Source: Octopus sinensis
Taxonomy: Eukaryota
Direction: 5' to 3'
Length of the DNA: 64,000 nt
Assembly (NCBI RefSeq): GCF_006345805.1
Contig: NC_042998.1
Span: 98,952,001 to 99,016,000, forward strand
Shown here: positions 47,605 to 63,685 of the stretch, one piece after another
Layout of the letters: the number at the start of each line of letters is the position of its first letter
Numbering within the stretch: position 1 is the stretch's first letter
Notes under the pieces: model-generated
Told to the model about the DNA's origin: nothing
Seen by the model: the letters and a program-made list of their open reading frames with translations, nothing else
Database searches by the model: none
Program-made: the position numbers and the translations under genes

Positions 47605-50600
47605 TACTACAACACAGGCAGTCTTCTCATCAGAAATGAGTACTCTATTGTCTCAGATATTGGACAATACCGTATTTAAATTTTAAAATAATTCTATTTT
47701 TTTTATAGAGGATACAATTTTTGTTTCAAGATTAGTTAGTATCCATTATAACATTCTTTTTTTTCATACTGGAATCTTTACCAGGATCAACAGAGCTTTT
47801 CTGTCAAATACAGTTTTTCTGCTACATTAATAATGTTAAATTGTGATCTACTTATGTTGCAAGACTGAATTTCTTTATTCATTAGGTGAGCGTATTATAT
47901 ATATTTGAGAAACAATGGCTTTTCTCTCAAACTAGGGACATTTAAAGATACAACACAAACTGTTTAACTCAGCAATTCCTCAGACATTTCTTCCTACTGT
48001 CTACTACACTTGTTACTCCCTATCATACGGTATTATCTAGAACAGTAGGTCACACAACCCTATAGAAGAAAGATATCAAACACAAGAAATTTCAAAGGAA
48101 CAGCAATAAACTTTTAGTAGGGCATCTATTTTGGGAACCATTGATTTCAATTGAATTTTCACACCGGTTTTGAAAAGATATCTTTACAAGGTAATCAATC
48201 TTGAAATAACTGAGAAACCTAGAGTTCACCGTAAAATATCTCTAAGTTTCGAGATGAGTTACTCTTATTTGTGCGTGTGTGTGTGGGGGGGACTATTAGT
48301 CTCACATTGTTTGCTTTTACATTATTTCAGTTGCTTCAAACTCCAGTTATTCTCAAGTATCTTATTGCTGAATGTGTAGTGTTCTAAATTAGTTTAAAAC
48401 CAGGAGCCTGGTAACATCTTTATCCACGAAACCAATGGGACATATAAAATTATCTGCAGATATATTATATAATTTGAAACAGGCTATGTTCTAATGCAAG
48501 TGTTGCTTTAGAATTTTTTTTTAAGTGTGTGTATTTTTCTATTATTGGTTTCAACCAGAAGTTGTGGCCATATATATATATATAAATATTTTTTTATGCT
48601 AGCAACGCACATACTAGTTACTACAAACTATTAGCTATGTAAATATAGCAACGTTTTTAAAAGCTATATAATTATTGTGGCAGTTTTATGAAACTTCTTT
48701 TTAAAAGGAACAAACTGTTAATGACATGTCATCTATTATGTTGCTTTATGTAAATGAATAAATTCCTACTGTTGAAGGCCATTGCATTGATGATACTATA
48801 ATATAAAATGTGTCTATGGGGGAGTCTGAAAATTAATTGCTATTCTTGGTTGAAGCCAGTGCACTTCATTTATATTACTGTTTTTCGATATATAGCTTTG
48901 TGATTAAGACAAAAAGAAGTAAGAACAAGATCTTTCTATGTAGTTACTATTGTCTAATCAAGGAATAATTTTCATATGGAAATTATAACCTCTCAAGTCA
49001 TTTTGAAATCTGATAGGTTTATAACAGACTATTTTGTGTAGAAGGTCTGATAATACTAAAACATGTCTGGAGTTGTCACCATACCTAGTAAAGACTGCAT
49101 CCAGTCACTGCTTTTCTCCATTTAATTTTTAAACATTTTTTTTTTTTGACAAGATGCATTTCTTAAAGAATTTATATTGTAAAAATTCTGTTAATTTTCT
49201 ATTCTTTTAATACAAAACTATAAAAATCACTTGAGATATATTAAAGGAAATGTATGAAATACTTATTCTTGAATAAAATAGCTTTAGTATGAGTTTTCTG
49301 ATAATATGAATGAAACCTAAAATTAGATTTATATTTCGATTTAATGTTGGTAAGACTTGATAAAGAAGCTAACCCATATTACCAAAATATCTCTTCTATT
49401 GCCAGTCTACAAACACTGTGCCAAGTTCCACATTTATCTACTCATCCAAATAAACCATTATTTTGAGTGAAGTTTCGATCAAAATCTCTCAATGATATAA
49501 ATACCAAGGTATCAAATGTAGGAAGTTCACTATAGCTTTTAGTAAAATTTTCAGATTCATAGTTGCAAAAAGTGAAGCTCTCCAGTATATTGTTTATTGT
49601 TAGCATAAAATTATTTATAATTTGAAACTCATTTTTTAGCATTATTTTCCTCCTGAATTTGCTGAAATACATAGAACTTGCTTCATATTTAGTTGAAAAC
49701 TGTAGTTAGTCAGATTCTTCAGATGTAATGGAACACAAAAATGATGTACTTTTTGTCTGGCAATCAATGTATTATGTACAGACATCTTTCTTTAACAATT
49801 TATAAAGCCTGACTACCTTAATATATCTCAATATCTTTATTTTTCTTTGTAATTTCATACAATATCAGAGGGTGTCTGTTTGTCACATGCTTACAGGTTT
49901 ATGTGGCCAGAGCTTATCCTTGTTTCCATCATGTATAAGAGAGCATGATGACATTCCATTGTAGGGTTAACCCTGCTAGCTGTAAGTGATATTCATTTTC
50001 AGCTGAATTGACTGGAGCAGCTGGAAAAAATACGTCATGCTGTCTAGTTTGGGAATCAAAACTACAATGTATATAGACAAATACCTGAAAATCATTAACA
50101 ATTGGATTGATAACAACAAAGTTAAATACAAAAGGTTATAGAAAGGTTGGAGTTATAATCCTTAAAGTATCACATATTATATAATGAAGCTTGTGTTAAT
50201 GTTTCACCCCAGCTCAGCTCTGATCAAGTAAGCATGCAGATATCAAAAGCATTCTAACCATGACTACCACCAATGCCATCACTTTTTTTTAGCAGATCAA
50301 ACAATCATATAGGGACACCTTTGTGCAGTTTGAATATTTTGAAATAACTTTTTTGAACTTGTGCTATTTAAGGGGTTTCAAATCCTGTTTTGGTAGTAAA
50401 AAGTGATCCCTACATTATTAGTTTTTAATTATGATAACGCATAACCCTACAATCAATTTATGACCTAAATAACCTTTCGACTCTTTATTTTAACTGATCA
50501 CCAAATTAAAGTTTCATACCTGACTAGTAGCTGACAAAGATTGCTGCTGACATGTTACTTTTCCTCATGTCTGGAATCAGTGCTTATGAAAACATTGTCC

Positions 50601-51119
50601 TGAATTAATGATTTCAATGTTGACCTTCTAGTTCATACTTGGCACTTGGCCAACATAACATTCTGTCTCTGTATCTCACTCTCTCTGTATTTCTATCACT
50701 CCTATCTCTCATCTCTCTCTCCCCCTTTGTGTGTGTGTGTATGGCAAGATTTAAACTTACAAAGATGGAGTGTTTTTAGTAAACATACATTTTTAGTTTT
50801 GCAATGACAGGTAGATACTGATGTTAAACCATGTTTTTCTCTCTCTGGTCTGAAAAAGAGACTGACATGTCTAATTTCTGTGTTTTTTCATATTTTTTTT
50901 ATTATGTCATCAGAGATTGATTGCTCATTTTTCTACTACAGGGAGAATACCAGTGTATAGCTATTTATAATGCACACAAACTCAGCTGAAACAAAATTGA
51001 TTTGTCCCAAGTAGTAAAATAACATAATAGAAGTGCTATTTGGTTTTTTATTAAAAACACAATCACACCAATGAATTTACCTTACGTCTTTATTTATCCT
51101 AAATTAGTGTTTCTATTAA

Positions 51120-51341
51120 ACCTTTAGCATTCAAATTACTTTATCAAATGCAACACTTATTTATTCACATTGTTTTGAATTAATCTTGTATTATCTTCTA
51201 GCTTCAAAGACTTCAAATGATGTGATTGTACACTTTTAGAATGACATTGTAGGGTACGCATGAGAGGCCAAATCTGGTTGGTTTGAACTTAAAACAGGTT
51301 GAATATTTGGGTCAGATATAGCCACTTTAAATGCTAGAAAG
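51120..51341. mobile_element. TTAA-type MITE
   Basis: ttaaacctttagcatt ... tttaaatgctagaaag degenerate TIRs. Confidence 0.55.
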
Positions 51342-51513
51342 TGTGCGTGTGTGTGTGTGTGTGTGTGTATGTATATATATATATATGTATGTAAATTAGG
51401 TGGTAAACTTAATCCATTAACTGATTTAATACCACTACCTAATCTTTGAGTGCTTATAGCTAGCTGTGTCCATTCCATATGTATAGCTTTTGTGTGTTTA
51501 TATGTATGTATGC

Positions 51514-51790
51514 GAGGACGCATGGCCTAGTGGTTAGGGTATTGCAATCATGACTGCGAGATTGTGGTTTCAATTCCTAGATCGTGTGGTGCATTGTGTT
51601 CTTGAGCAAAACACTTAATCTCACTTCAACTCCTGGCCTGTAGTACACCATGCACCTGTTCAGGCAACATCAATTTGATGGAGAGAATGAACTAATGTAC
51701 AGCACATACATTTGATCACTATAAACAAATCATTTGTACAGATGATTCAGCAAATGCTGGACACTCGTACATCATCTTTGGCAGGTAGGT
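51514..51790 (+). mobile_element. tRNA-derived SINE
   Basis: tggcctagtggttaggg...ggtttcaattcc head; cttgagcaaaacact body. Confidence 0.75.
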
Positions 51791-53702
51791 CCATCATACA
51801 CACACATATAGAAATGCGTCTTTGGTTTATGAGAAAAATTTGTGGAGATGTTTCTTTTGAATAGTTGGTTATTCATATGAAACAAAAGCTTATGTTTCTC
51901 TCTAAAAACAGATTATTAAACAATATGTTTTATATGCTACTTCAACTGACTGAGAAGCAAAGTATTTGTAGAAAGCCTGAACTGAAATTGTTTCAATATT
52001 GATTTTTTTATTTTTCAGCATCTTCCTACATAAGTAAATTTAATTAAAAGAGCAACTATCAGCAAATGTTTGACTCCTTTAAAAATAAATCATGCAAGGG
52101 AAATTAACCCAAAGATCGAAGTCAGTGATGTTCTATGCTAACAGTAAATCCCTTCCTGATTGACAAATAAATTTTTGGATAAAAATTTTAAAGGCTTGTT
52201 TTCTAGCCCTGACCAAGTAGGCTAGCAGATCAAAGGCATTCTAGCTGTGAAAATCTTGCCTTTTTATTCACATTCAGTCTACAAATGTCTCCCTTTCAAG
52301 CATATTTTGAACTATATTGCTCAATATTTCTTTAAACCTTTTTTTTTCTTTTGTTTTAAAGATGTAGGTTATGATTTGAGAAAGATTATACTGCTGCTTC
52401 TAGTAGGTCAAGAATCAACAAAGTGGCTCCCTTGTTGTCTCATATAAAAGTAGTTAGAAATATGTTGTGGTTCAAACTTGTGCAAATTGTAACAGTATCG
52501 AAAAATGTTTTATTAATTTTGTGTGTTGGTGTGGGAAAGTAAACTGTCTATAGTTGAACACATCAAGATTAATTTTCTTTGCCTTCACCTCAACACACCT
52601 TGTCCTGTGAGAAGAAAATCATTTCTCACTATAATGTCTTATAATCTGTTTTATACTTGTTCACAGCATGAAATAATTTCTTTAGAATTTTCTTTATGCT
52701 CTGAGTACCAGCTTTGTAGCTAATAACTATTGTTAGCTATGTCACCTCGTTATAAGTCTTTTTTTTTTTATTTTGAGGGAGGATATTTAAATCTTACTCA
52801 TAATAGAAATTTTATGTATTTAATTCAAGTCAATAAAGGAGCCTCTACATGGTAGCTTAATCTGCTGAAAATAGCAGCTAAATCTCAAATCAAGACCCAA
52901 CTATCATTTAAAATTGAAGGTTATAATGAATAATGTATTTCTAAATAACATTATGTTTGAAAAATAGATAATTTGTCATGGTTTAATGTCTTTGGTCATA
53001 ATCATACATCTGCTCAATTAGGATTGAAATATATTTAGTTTAAGGCAATGCAAATGGAGTCCTAAAGATTTAAGTTGAGCTCTCTAAATCTTTTTAGGGA
53101 ATGTCTCTGGTGTACAGGCTCTAAGTCTACTTTTTATGTAGACTTAAAGAGTGGGTTGGAATTTACATTTATACTCTTCAGAAATAATAAAATCTATGGT
53201 TTGTGTAGTTACTTTTAGTGTAATTACATCTGTAGTTATTCTGAGCTCTAACTAATGTATATTTCAAGCTTTATTTTATCTAATTTTACTATTTTAATAG
53301 CGACTCACCTGAGACTGCTCACAGTAAAGTGTTCATGTTTAAATTAAAGTTTCAATCAAATTCTTGTACATAGGCCCTGTGAGAGTCTTCTCCATTTTGC
53401 CATATCCTCTACACTGATCCCTCACCCTCGTATCATTCTCCTCTTATAGGTATTTCTCAGTCTTCTTTCTCTACTTCTTGCCACATTCATTTTTGTTACT
53501 TCTCTTCAATCATTTTCATCCTTCTATTCATGACTCAATCATCTCATCCCATTTCTCTTCACAACATCCATCATCAGCTTATTTCTCTCCTTCTCTGCAA
53601 ATCATTGGTTTGCCTTGCTTTATATCTCATAGCATAAAGGATATTGTAAGATTCATTTGCTTAGTGTTGTTATAATATATAAAGAAATTGGTATCTTATT
53701 AA

Positions 53703-53916
53703 CCCTTTCATTACCAACCTGACTGAAACCAACTCTGAGTACAAATGTCTTGTTTTCATAAGTTTTGAATTAAAATCTTCCACCAAACCTTAGTCACAGT
53801 TTATGTTCCTAACACTAGCTGAATGATAACTAGGTTATTTTACTAAATTCTTTGTTATATTTAAAGTAATTGAAAGAAACACAGAGCATCTCAAAATATA
53901 TACAGTAACGAAAGGG
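53703..53916. mobile_element. piggyBac-like MITE with TTAA TSD
   Basis: TTAA|CCCTTTCATTAC ... GTAACGAAAGGG|TTAA. Confidence 0.8.
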
Positions 53917-56900
53917 TTAAACCTCTTGAAATTTTGATTATATTAAAAAATAATTGAAACACATGCAGGCCATTCAAGTCACATAAGGGTTAAACAAGAT
54001 AACTGATATTTTATTTTATTCTAACTTCCACTGTATTGTTTATCTTGAGAGTACACTACACTTTTAATGGATATGTTTCTTTAAAATCCGAAAAATACAT
54101 CTTGATATTTCCAGAAATTTCATGTTAGTCTTCTGTCATTGAGTTAAAGATTTTACAGAGTTACTACTCAACTGCACTATTCGGTTAATTACCTGTACAA
54201 AGAAAATGATTAATTCTGAATATGTTGAAATTTAATCTTATTTGTACCTTGTAATGAGACACAAACTTCTGTTTTTTGTCCTGCTTATATTCCAGAAAAT
54301 GCTTTTTTTAGAAATTAGCTTATTATCTTCATGGCAGTAATTTGTATTGATTACAAAATGCCAGCTCTTTTGGTAACTCTTTCTTGTGTGAGACTGTGTC
54401 AAAATTTAGTCAACCTTTGCTATTAGCAAAGGTATTAAAAATGGAAACATGAAAACAAGATTAAAAAAAGCAAATTGACTACAGAGAGTCTTTTTTGCAG
54501 GGGTGGGCTAAGTTTTTTAGGTTGCAGGCATGAATTGCCAGTGTATAAAACTTTTACTGAAGTAAATAGTAAATCATTAATTTCAGAAATCTCTATGTAA
54601 ATAAATAATATTTTTTTTAAATAACTGTTTGAGCTTAAATTTTTGCTTTTCATACATTTTTTAGAAAAACCATTAGCAAGCAGTTTCAAATTTGAATGTG
54701 GGCAAAATTTCACTTCTGATTAAGGGATTCCCAACTTTTGCTCTACAAGTTAGCTTGATCTGCTAAAAATAACAGCCAAATTGTACTCAACTTACCATCT
54801 TGAAATGGGAAGTATGCATTGGATACAGTCATTGGTATACAATGCACATGAAAATTACAGGATCATCTTTGAAAGGTTTTTAATCACAAGTGTGATGAAT
54901 CAGAGCAACTTACCTATAGATGTTCTTAACTAAAAAAGAATAAACCCCAAATGTTCATATGAGTGTACATATACCAATATTTATCAAATTCCCAACACTT
55001 GGTGAGCTCTAAAAGTCTTTCATATTTCCTTAACTTATTGCTTCATTTCATCAAATGATTTTCCATTAGTTCTAGTATCTTGTTTGTTGCTAAGATGAAA
55101 TGTTGCCAACAGCCACCTTTTCCATCATTTAAAAGCTTTTATGAGCCAACAAAGAAGCTTCAAATAGCAACAGAATCTCTCTCAAGCCACACCTTGTCAT
55201 AAAAACGATCACCTCAGATTATGTGGTCAGAGTACACTATTCCTGAAAAGATAGTATGCTTATGACCGTAATGTTTTTGAACAAAGTTCTGCTTGATGAG
55301 GCTACCTGGGACTAAACAATAACATAAAGACCTTAAATTTAGTGTCATTTTATAAATTGGTACAATTTATGTAATGGCACTAAAATGGAAATATTGCTTG
55401 CTAATAAGAATTCTTCCATTGACCACTTCAAAACTCCTCCTTCACCCCTAACCATTCAATTACAAATGCTTGTAATTACTATTTCAAACTCTTTGTCCAA
55501 AAAGCTCTTTATTGTTAACAATTCTAAGACTGCAATAAATCATTAAAGGGTGAGCCTCAAAGTGTATTCAACTATATCACATAGCATGTAATGTGTTGAA
55601 TTAAAAAAGGACAGTGGTCTGATAGATTCATTAGCATCCCAGGCAAAATGCTTTGCAGTATTTTGTCCATTGTTACATTGTGGGTTTAAATTTCATCAAC
55701 TTTGCCTTTCATCCTTTCAGGGTTAATATAATCGATTTACTCCTCTCTGCAAATTATTGCCCTTGTACCAAAATTCGAAACCAATATGTTGGTTTGAAAA
55801 AAACCTTGGTTGGACAAAGTGTCTGTTTGTGTACCACATGAAGTTGTCAACCCTATTTTACAACCTATATTGGATGAAAAACACCCACCCAGAGGCTTTT
55901 TTCATCCAATGTATTACCTGTTATTATCTATTTAAAATTCACTGTTAAAATTATTTATTTTACATATTCTTGAAGCTTCTACATTTTCATGATCTAAAAC
56001 TACTTGAAAGAAACCTAGTATTCACTTCAAAACCAAGACATATTTTAACCCTGAGTGTGTGTTGATTCACTAACAACATTCAGATATATATTGTTATGCA
56101 AAAAAAAACAAAAAAAAAACAGGCTGTTTCTTCTCTAATATTACTATTGTGGCTTCTCTTACTCAGAAATGGCAAATCTCATGCCACTTCATTCAAGTAA
56201 TCTCAACTTCTTTGTCTCCCTTGCACTTAATATTCATACTGTGTCAACACCCCAAGCCTAAAGTAATCAATATGCACTATTCTTCTTTTCAAGAGGGTCA
56301 TCCCTCTGAAATCCATCCTAACCATGTTTGACTTCCAACTGTTCAAGAGGAACATGGACTGCATCAAACTCACCAGTCTCAAAGTAGAAGCTAAGGGAGT
56401 GAAAAGGCCCTGAGTTGAGCTCCATTCGCTGGACCAAACCATGCTTTTTCTTCAAATGTAGCCATATACATCTTTGATTATTATATTCTTACTGTCTCAT
56501 TCTCCTTATTCTTCGATTCTTGGCCTCTGCCTCTTCTATCTCTGTAACAATTCTCTGCCTCTTCTATCTCTTTAATAAACTTACAACTTTGTAGCTGCTC
56601 CCTTCATCAACTTCACACCAATCATTCCAACTTATTGTAATGTGCCCTGTTATTAGTAGTGTCTGAGTGATATTTGTGGTACTTATGTAACAGATGCAGG
56701 ATTTTTTGTAAGTTATGAAGCCTCTAACATGATTTGGCTAATCCTGAATTTTGATGTGTCCACTTTTAGAAGTGTAGTTTTCCATAAAATGTTACAATGC
56801 ACACCAATAATTCCTATTACATGGTATGCTAAGTCCATACATACAGCAACTATTGTCCTCTCCCACCATCCCACTTGCTATTCTGACCATCCCACCATGC

Positions 56901-57450
56901 CAGCTGCTATTCTAACCATCCCACCATGTCAGCTGCTGTGTTGGCCACTGCCAAAATATATAGACATACAGTCTTTGCACAGCTATTTGATGTACTAGAA
57001 GTAGTTACTAAATCTCCTTCAAATCTTACATTATCATCTTAAAATGTAAAGCCTGTGTGCTCTTTTATGTACTGTGTGAGGCAAAGAAAGGGCAATAACA
57101 GCAACAACATATTATATTACAAAGAGTCTAAATCTCAAGGAACTTTTTAATGTATGGTGCCTTGTAGATGAGATATAAATCTCTCTTTGAGTTATGTGAT
57201 TTCTTACAAGAAGCTTTTCCCAGATGATATGTTATCTATTACTAAAGATTAGATAAATTGAAGCAATTAAAATAAGGTCTTATATGCAGGAAAATAATGC
57301 AGCAGATATGAACGTATTATTGGTGAACATTTTGTCCAGTATCTTATCCACTCAGCAAGCTTGTCTCTCTACAAAATCAACCTATTACATCCTTCTTTTT
57401 CTTCACATTAAACTTTACATTCAATTATTCAATTGGAGAACTAACCTGTG

Positions 57451-57481
<31 letters not shown>

Positions 57482-58973
57482 CTCTAATCTGTTTATTTGA
57501 AAGTACTTGAAACCTTCGGTTTCCTGCTGTGTATCTACTGGTAGAGTTCATCCAACACTTGAGACAAATTATCAAGAGAGTTGTGTTGTATCCAGCTGTA
57601 TAGTCCCTGCTCAACCAACTTCAAGTGGATCTGTGATTAAGTAGTTTCCAGTCATGACCAGCTTGTCTTTTACCAATGTGCAAGGAACCCAGGACTACAT
57701 TGTCCGGTTTACCTTTCCCCTAGTAGGATGTAAATTAAGAGATTTGGTTGCTTTTTCTATAATGGGGTTCTGTCAACAAGCAGAACACTGTACCACTAGC
57801 CAAGATCCTTAACCCATAATGGTACAGGCTATAACATAGATAACACTGCAAGCAAATGAAGCACATACTAGTTGAATATAGTACAGTTAGGTGGGCTAGA
57901 CCAGTGCTAGGTTATGAACTCTCAACCATTTGTCCTATCAATACAGCCAGATAGACGACATTTTTCATGTTATATAATAACCAGCATATATTTTTTAACT
58001 TAAATTCTTCATTACTTTATCCAAATGATTTCTCATCCACTTTTTTTCTCTGTCTGATGAGGCTCCTGAATTCATGAAGTAGCTGGAAAGAAAGTAATAT
58101 AATAGTTTCTTTTCTGTTTTTTTTTTTTCTCTCAACTTTGTATTTGAAAGACTTGCAAACTTCCGTCAATGCTGAAAAGGTTTTGTCATTGCTGTTGTTT
58201 TTCTTTTTTTAACTGACTCAATTCTAGCCCATCCTCTCATTGTCTAGAATACATAATATAAACTACATTTTCATTTGTAACATGTGAGGATTGAGATTAT
58301 TGTATGTGTGTGTGTGTGTCTCTGTGTGTTTGTGTATTCTGTCTGGTAAATATGTCTTTTAAATTACATACATATTCTAAAGGAAAACATATCGTCACAT
58401 ATTCACACAATCTTGTCATTCTTTCTTTTCTTTTCATTTGTAACCAAGTCTTTGTAAAACATGTTTAATGTCAGTTTACATTTTTCAGAAATGTTTCCCA
58501 AACCAAGCAAGTTTATTTTTTTGGGTCAGTTTTATTCCTCTGAAGACAACACCTACTTTAGATTGTATATATGTATTATTAATCCTTGAAATAATACTAA
58601 ATTTTACAAGTTTCTTTCACCCTAAAGCCTACATAGGCATATACACCTAGTCATTATTGTTGTTTCTGTGCACTGCAATGATCCACCTATTTCCCTGCTT
58701 ATATTGATTTCACATCAAAGATGCCAATAATACATAAGAGACATAAAAGGTCCTTAATCTATTTTTATTTCTCTATAATTCTGAGACATTGTGCTTTAGT
58801 TAGTTTTTGCTTTGCTTTGTTTCTTTTATCATTTAAGTACACATATTCAGCCATAGTGATGTTATTTGGTAATTCTAAAATAAAAATCTTGTGATTATAA
58901 ATTTTCCTTTTCTCAGCTTGTCATTTAACCCTTTGTCTACCTTGATTGAACAAACACCTGATCAAAGCATTCC

Positions 58974-59108
<135 letters not shown>

Positions 59109-61885
59109 ACCGAATTATTTTTCTAAGATGATAGGATGTGAGTTACTAAATCACTTCAAAATGTGTGGCTTTGTGCCATGGTTAGAAATTATTAACAGGT
59201 GCAGTCATTTGACTGTATGATTAAAGAATTCACTTTCCAACAATTTGGTTCCAGGCTCAAACCCACCTTGCACTACTTTAGGCAAATTTGCAATTATTTG
59301 CAACGGGACTTTGGTTGACATGAATTGCAGAAGTCCATATTTGTGTGTGTAGATAGATATACATGAATGACTTACCTATTGTCAATCATGTAAACATTGG
59401 TGAAAAATCAGTGATCTCTGTACAAAGTTATTATTCTCACTATTTGGAAATGTTGTAAACCAATGGTTAGTCTATCATGAACCTGTTAATAACAATGCTA
59501 CCATTCACAAATTGTAATAGAAAATAAATCAGGGAATAGCAGAAGCATAATGTCCAGGACAGAATACCATTTCACTTGTCCCTTTAGAGATTATAGGATA
59601 AATATTGATTGTGAACTGGATCAATTCAATCAACTAAACCCCACATCTTGTACTAATGTGAGAAATCATTTTTATTGTTACATCAATGTCTTGATCAACA
59701 AAGTCTACTCACAGTAACTGTTTTTGTGTCTAATTATGAAATTGTTGATACTGTTGCTATATTGAGCTGGTAGTTTTGTCACTGTGAGTTGCATCCTAAC
59801 ATTGATTATAGTTTATAAAATGCTTGACCATTAATACTTATTGATGTCCTATTGATCTTGCCTTAATGTAGATTTGAATATATCACTTTTTACTTCAGCT
59901 ATTTAATGCCATTCAATTTTAATCATTAAAGCTGTGAATACATAAGCAAAATTATGATTCTTGACTGAATAATTCTCAGTTTAATTAAAGATAAATTAAT
60001 AAATAATGAATTTCTCTATATAATTGATTTGAGTTTTATCAACATCCTTTGACTTTGTTGCCAAGGTGATCAACCATAGATTTTTTTTTATATTCATGAA
60101 CTTCCCTTGCATGACACAGAAAAATCTTTTTATGAATCAATGCCTCTTTGTATTTATATGTGTGGACAAGAAACTTTATTCCAGTGATACACACACACAT
60201 GTAAAATATGTATGTATAGTGGCTAGTACATTGTTCTTATTAAAATCAGTATTAGTTGTTATTTACAAACAGTTATTTGTCTGTATATAATGTCATCAAA
60301 CCATTATCTAAAGTCTTTGTCTTCATGTCTGCTTATCAAAGATATAAAAATAAGTATTCTTCACAATTGGTCTCTTTATTTTCCATCAGACAGTTTGCAA
60401 ACATCATAGACAGTAGGTTTAACTGATGGTGATTTTTACCTACTCTTAATGTTATCCATTTTCTTATTGTTCAGGCTGCATTCTTTGTTAAATGGATTCT
60501 CCACACATAGACACACACACACAAACACTCCTCAGCCTTAATGCCTTGTATTACAGTAATTGAAAATAAAGCCATCTTGTATTGATTGCCTGGTCTATAT
60601 ATTCCATGTATATTTTGTCTGCTAAAGTAAAACTCCTTCTTTCACATGTTATTCATGCCAAACAATTAGTTCCTTGGTATAACTGAAAAGGACATTGTTC
60701 ACAGGTTTGGGTACTTTAAGCTTATTAGTGAATACATGAAAGTCTGTCTATAATACAAATGGCTTATATATTATTTTATACAAGCCATAAGAATTCTTTT
60801 AAAAATTGTACTCTTTTGTTTCATATTTTCATGTTTATATATCATGTTGTTGTGAACCCTGCAGGTTTTTAACTTGTTTCTCTGGTGTGGTTGCTTTATC
60901 AGACTAGAACTGTCTTAGACAATTCTATATTAGTTTTTGTATATTAGTGGTTTTTTTTAAAATGTTTCCTCAATGTCTTAAATGCCTTAATCAGAACAAA
61001 TGAAGGAAGAGAGCTCAACATAATCATTCAACCTACTAGAAATAACAGCCAAATCTTGCATACGCCATACTAAATAAAACAAATATATTGAACACTGTAG
61101 TCCTTGATATACAAAAGACAAGACGGATTGGAACTTTTTCCATAGGTCTATATAACTTGTGCTTAACCACAACAATATCTTAGCAGTATCCTTAGCTTTT
61201 TTTTGACAGTGGATCTTGAAGCACATAATGCTATAAATAATAGTATGTAAATATTGGATTGAAAAATCAAAAGCTGCCCATAGGACATGAACCCATATCT
61301 CCTGTAGACATGAGACATTCTACCATTAGATCAAACCAGTCCTTCATATTATTCTAGCCATTTTAGAAACTGTATTCTTACCAGCAAGAATTGTATGTTG
61401 TTGATGTCTTACTTTACCAAAGTTCCAGATGTAGAAAGTTTATGTGAATCTGAAACACTTCTTTAGATTGGTTCAGTAACTTAGTAAGCATTTTGTTTAA
61501 ATTATTTATTCATGACATGAAGTCATCTCTGGTTGATTTCACATCATGAATAAATAAGAGCTATGTATTAAGAGCTAGCAATCTCTTAATTCTGTATAAG
61601 CTTGTCTATAATTCTAAAGGTTTGTGGAATTTTATAATGCATTATTAATCACTTGACTATGCCAGGTATCTTAAATGACCCATATAGCATAGTGATATTA
61701 AAATAATATACAGATTAACTTTATAGTAACAAATGACTTTTTATTTATTTTGTAAGGATTTAGACATAAAGATAATAGGTGAATACCAGGTGTTAAATTT
61801 TTTATTCCTTAGATCATATTGGTCTATAGTTCTTGTTAACAGAGATAATTTTTTTTTTTAATATTCTCAGCCTATTAAGTAGTAA

Positions 61886-63685
61886 TCATCATCATCATCG
61901 TCATTTAACGTCTGCTGAGCCAGAGGCTGCACCAAACTCAATCTGATCTGGCAAAGTTTCTACAGCTGGATGCCCTTCCTAATGCCAACCACTCTGAGAG
62001 TGTAGTGGGTGCATTTACGTGCCACTGGCATGGCGGCCAGTCAGGCGGTTCAGGCTACGACCACGCTCAAAAGGTATTTTTTACGTGGTACCTGCACGGG
62101 AGCCAGTCCCACAGCACTGGCAACAACCATGCTCAAATGTTGTTTTTCACATGCCAGCAGCACATGTGCTGTTAAGGCGACACTGACAACGATCACACCG
62201 GAAATATACTTTTTACGTGCCACTAGCATGAGGACCAATCCATGGCCCAGGCAACGATCACACTCGGATGTGCTTTTAACATTCCACTGGCATGAGTGTC
62301 AATCAGGCGGTACTGTCATCAGCCATGTCAACGATTTTTATTTGATTTCACATGCCTCAATAGGTCTTTGCAAGCAAAGTTTATTGTCCAATGAATGAGG
62401 GGTTCTCATAAGTGGGCTGGTTACACCCACTGGCATAGGCCATGGGCTATGGTCTCACTTGTCTTGTGAGGTCTTAAGCGCAGCGTATCTCCTAAGGTCT
62501 CGGTCACTAGTCATTGCCTCAGTAAGGCCCAATGTTCAATGGTCGTGCTTTATCACCTCATCCTAGGTTTTCCTGGGTCTACCTCTTCCATGGGTTCCCT
62601 CTACTGCTAGGGTGTGATACTTTTTCATACAGCTGTCCTCATTCATTCGCAACACATGACCATACCAGCATAGTCGTCTCTCTTGCACACCACATCAGAT
62701 GCTTCTTAAATCCAACTTTCTCTCAGGGCGCTTACACTCTGTCACGTATGCACACTGACATTACACATTCAGCGGAGCATACTGGCTTCATTCCTTGCAA
62801 GCTTATGCATGTCCTCAGCAGTCACAGCCCATATTTCACTGCCATGTTGCATGGCTGTTTGAACACATGCATCATACGGTCTACCTTTTACTCTGAACGA
62901 GAGGCCTTTTGTCACCTGCAGAGGTAGGAGCTCTCTGAACTTTGCCCAGGCTATTCTTATTCTAGCAGCTACACTTTCAGTGCATCTACCCCTGCTACTG
63001 ACTTGATCCCCCAGATAACAGAAGCTATCAACTACTTGTAGTTTTTCTCTTTGGAATGTGGCAGAATCTGTTCTCTGTACATTTTCAGTGTTTATAGCAC
63101 TTGATCATTTGCCACATACAAAAACTATCTTCCCAATTAGCCTTCCTTTGATATTGCTGCACCTCTTATGTGTCCCTAGCTTACACTGGTTATGTCTTAT
63201 GAAATTTCTACTTACACCTTTTCTACAGATCGAGCAGGGCCACCTACCTGAAGGGATTTGTGGTTTGTCTGCCTTCTACTTATTAAGACTTTGGTTTTAG
63301 CTAGGCTGACTCTAAGGCCTTTCAATTCTAATCCTTATTTCCACACCTGAAACTTTTTCTCTAGTTCTGATAGTAACTCAGTAATTAGTGCAAGGTCATC
63401 AGCATAGAGGTGCTTCCAGGGGCATCTGCTCTTGAATTCCTCCGTTATTGCCTGGAGGACTATGATAAATAAGAGGGGGCTGAGGACTGATCCTTGGTGG
63501 ATCCCTACCCCTACCCTGAATTCTTCACTGTACTCGTTGCAAACCCTCACCCTACTGACCGCATCCTTGTACATGACTTGCACAGCTCTCACTAACCATT
63601 CATCTATCCCTAGTTTCCTCATTGACCACCAGATAAGGGATTGGGGGATCCTGTCAAAGGCTTTCTCCATATCAACGAAAGCTTT
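61886..63685 (-). mobile_element. 5'-truncated RTE LINE retaining part of the RT domain
   Basis: AFVDMEKAFD...GIHQGSVLSPLLF...YADDLAL (63335-63685), downstream stops and frameshifts, modular 3'UTR, (atg)n tail. Confidence 0.92.

Noticed and set aside
50941-50990. Acceptor ttttctactacAG as exon 2 (also 48391 and 57290)
   Set aside because: In-frame stop or no good donor in phase 0; unsupported.
56875-56937. Short tandem duplications (28 bp here; 29 bp at 11508-11565; ~50 bp at 24294-24460)
   Set aside because: Ordinary slippage products without further structure.
58054-58095. CTGATGA...GAAA hammerhead-like string
   Set aside because: Weak stem II, and no stem III/NUH or stem I pairing.
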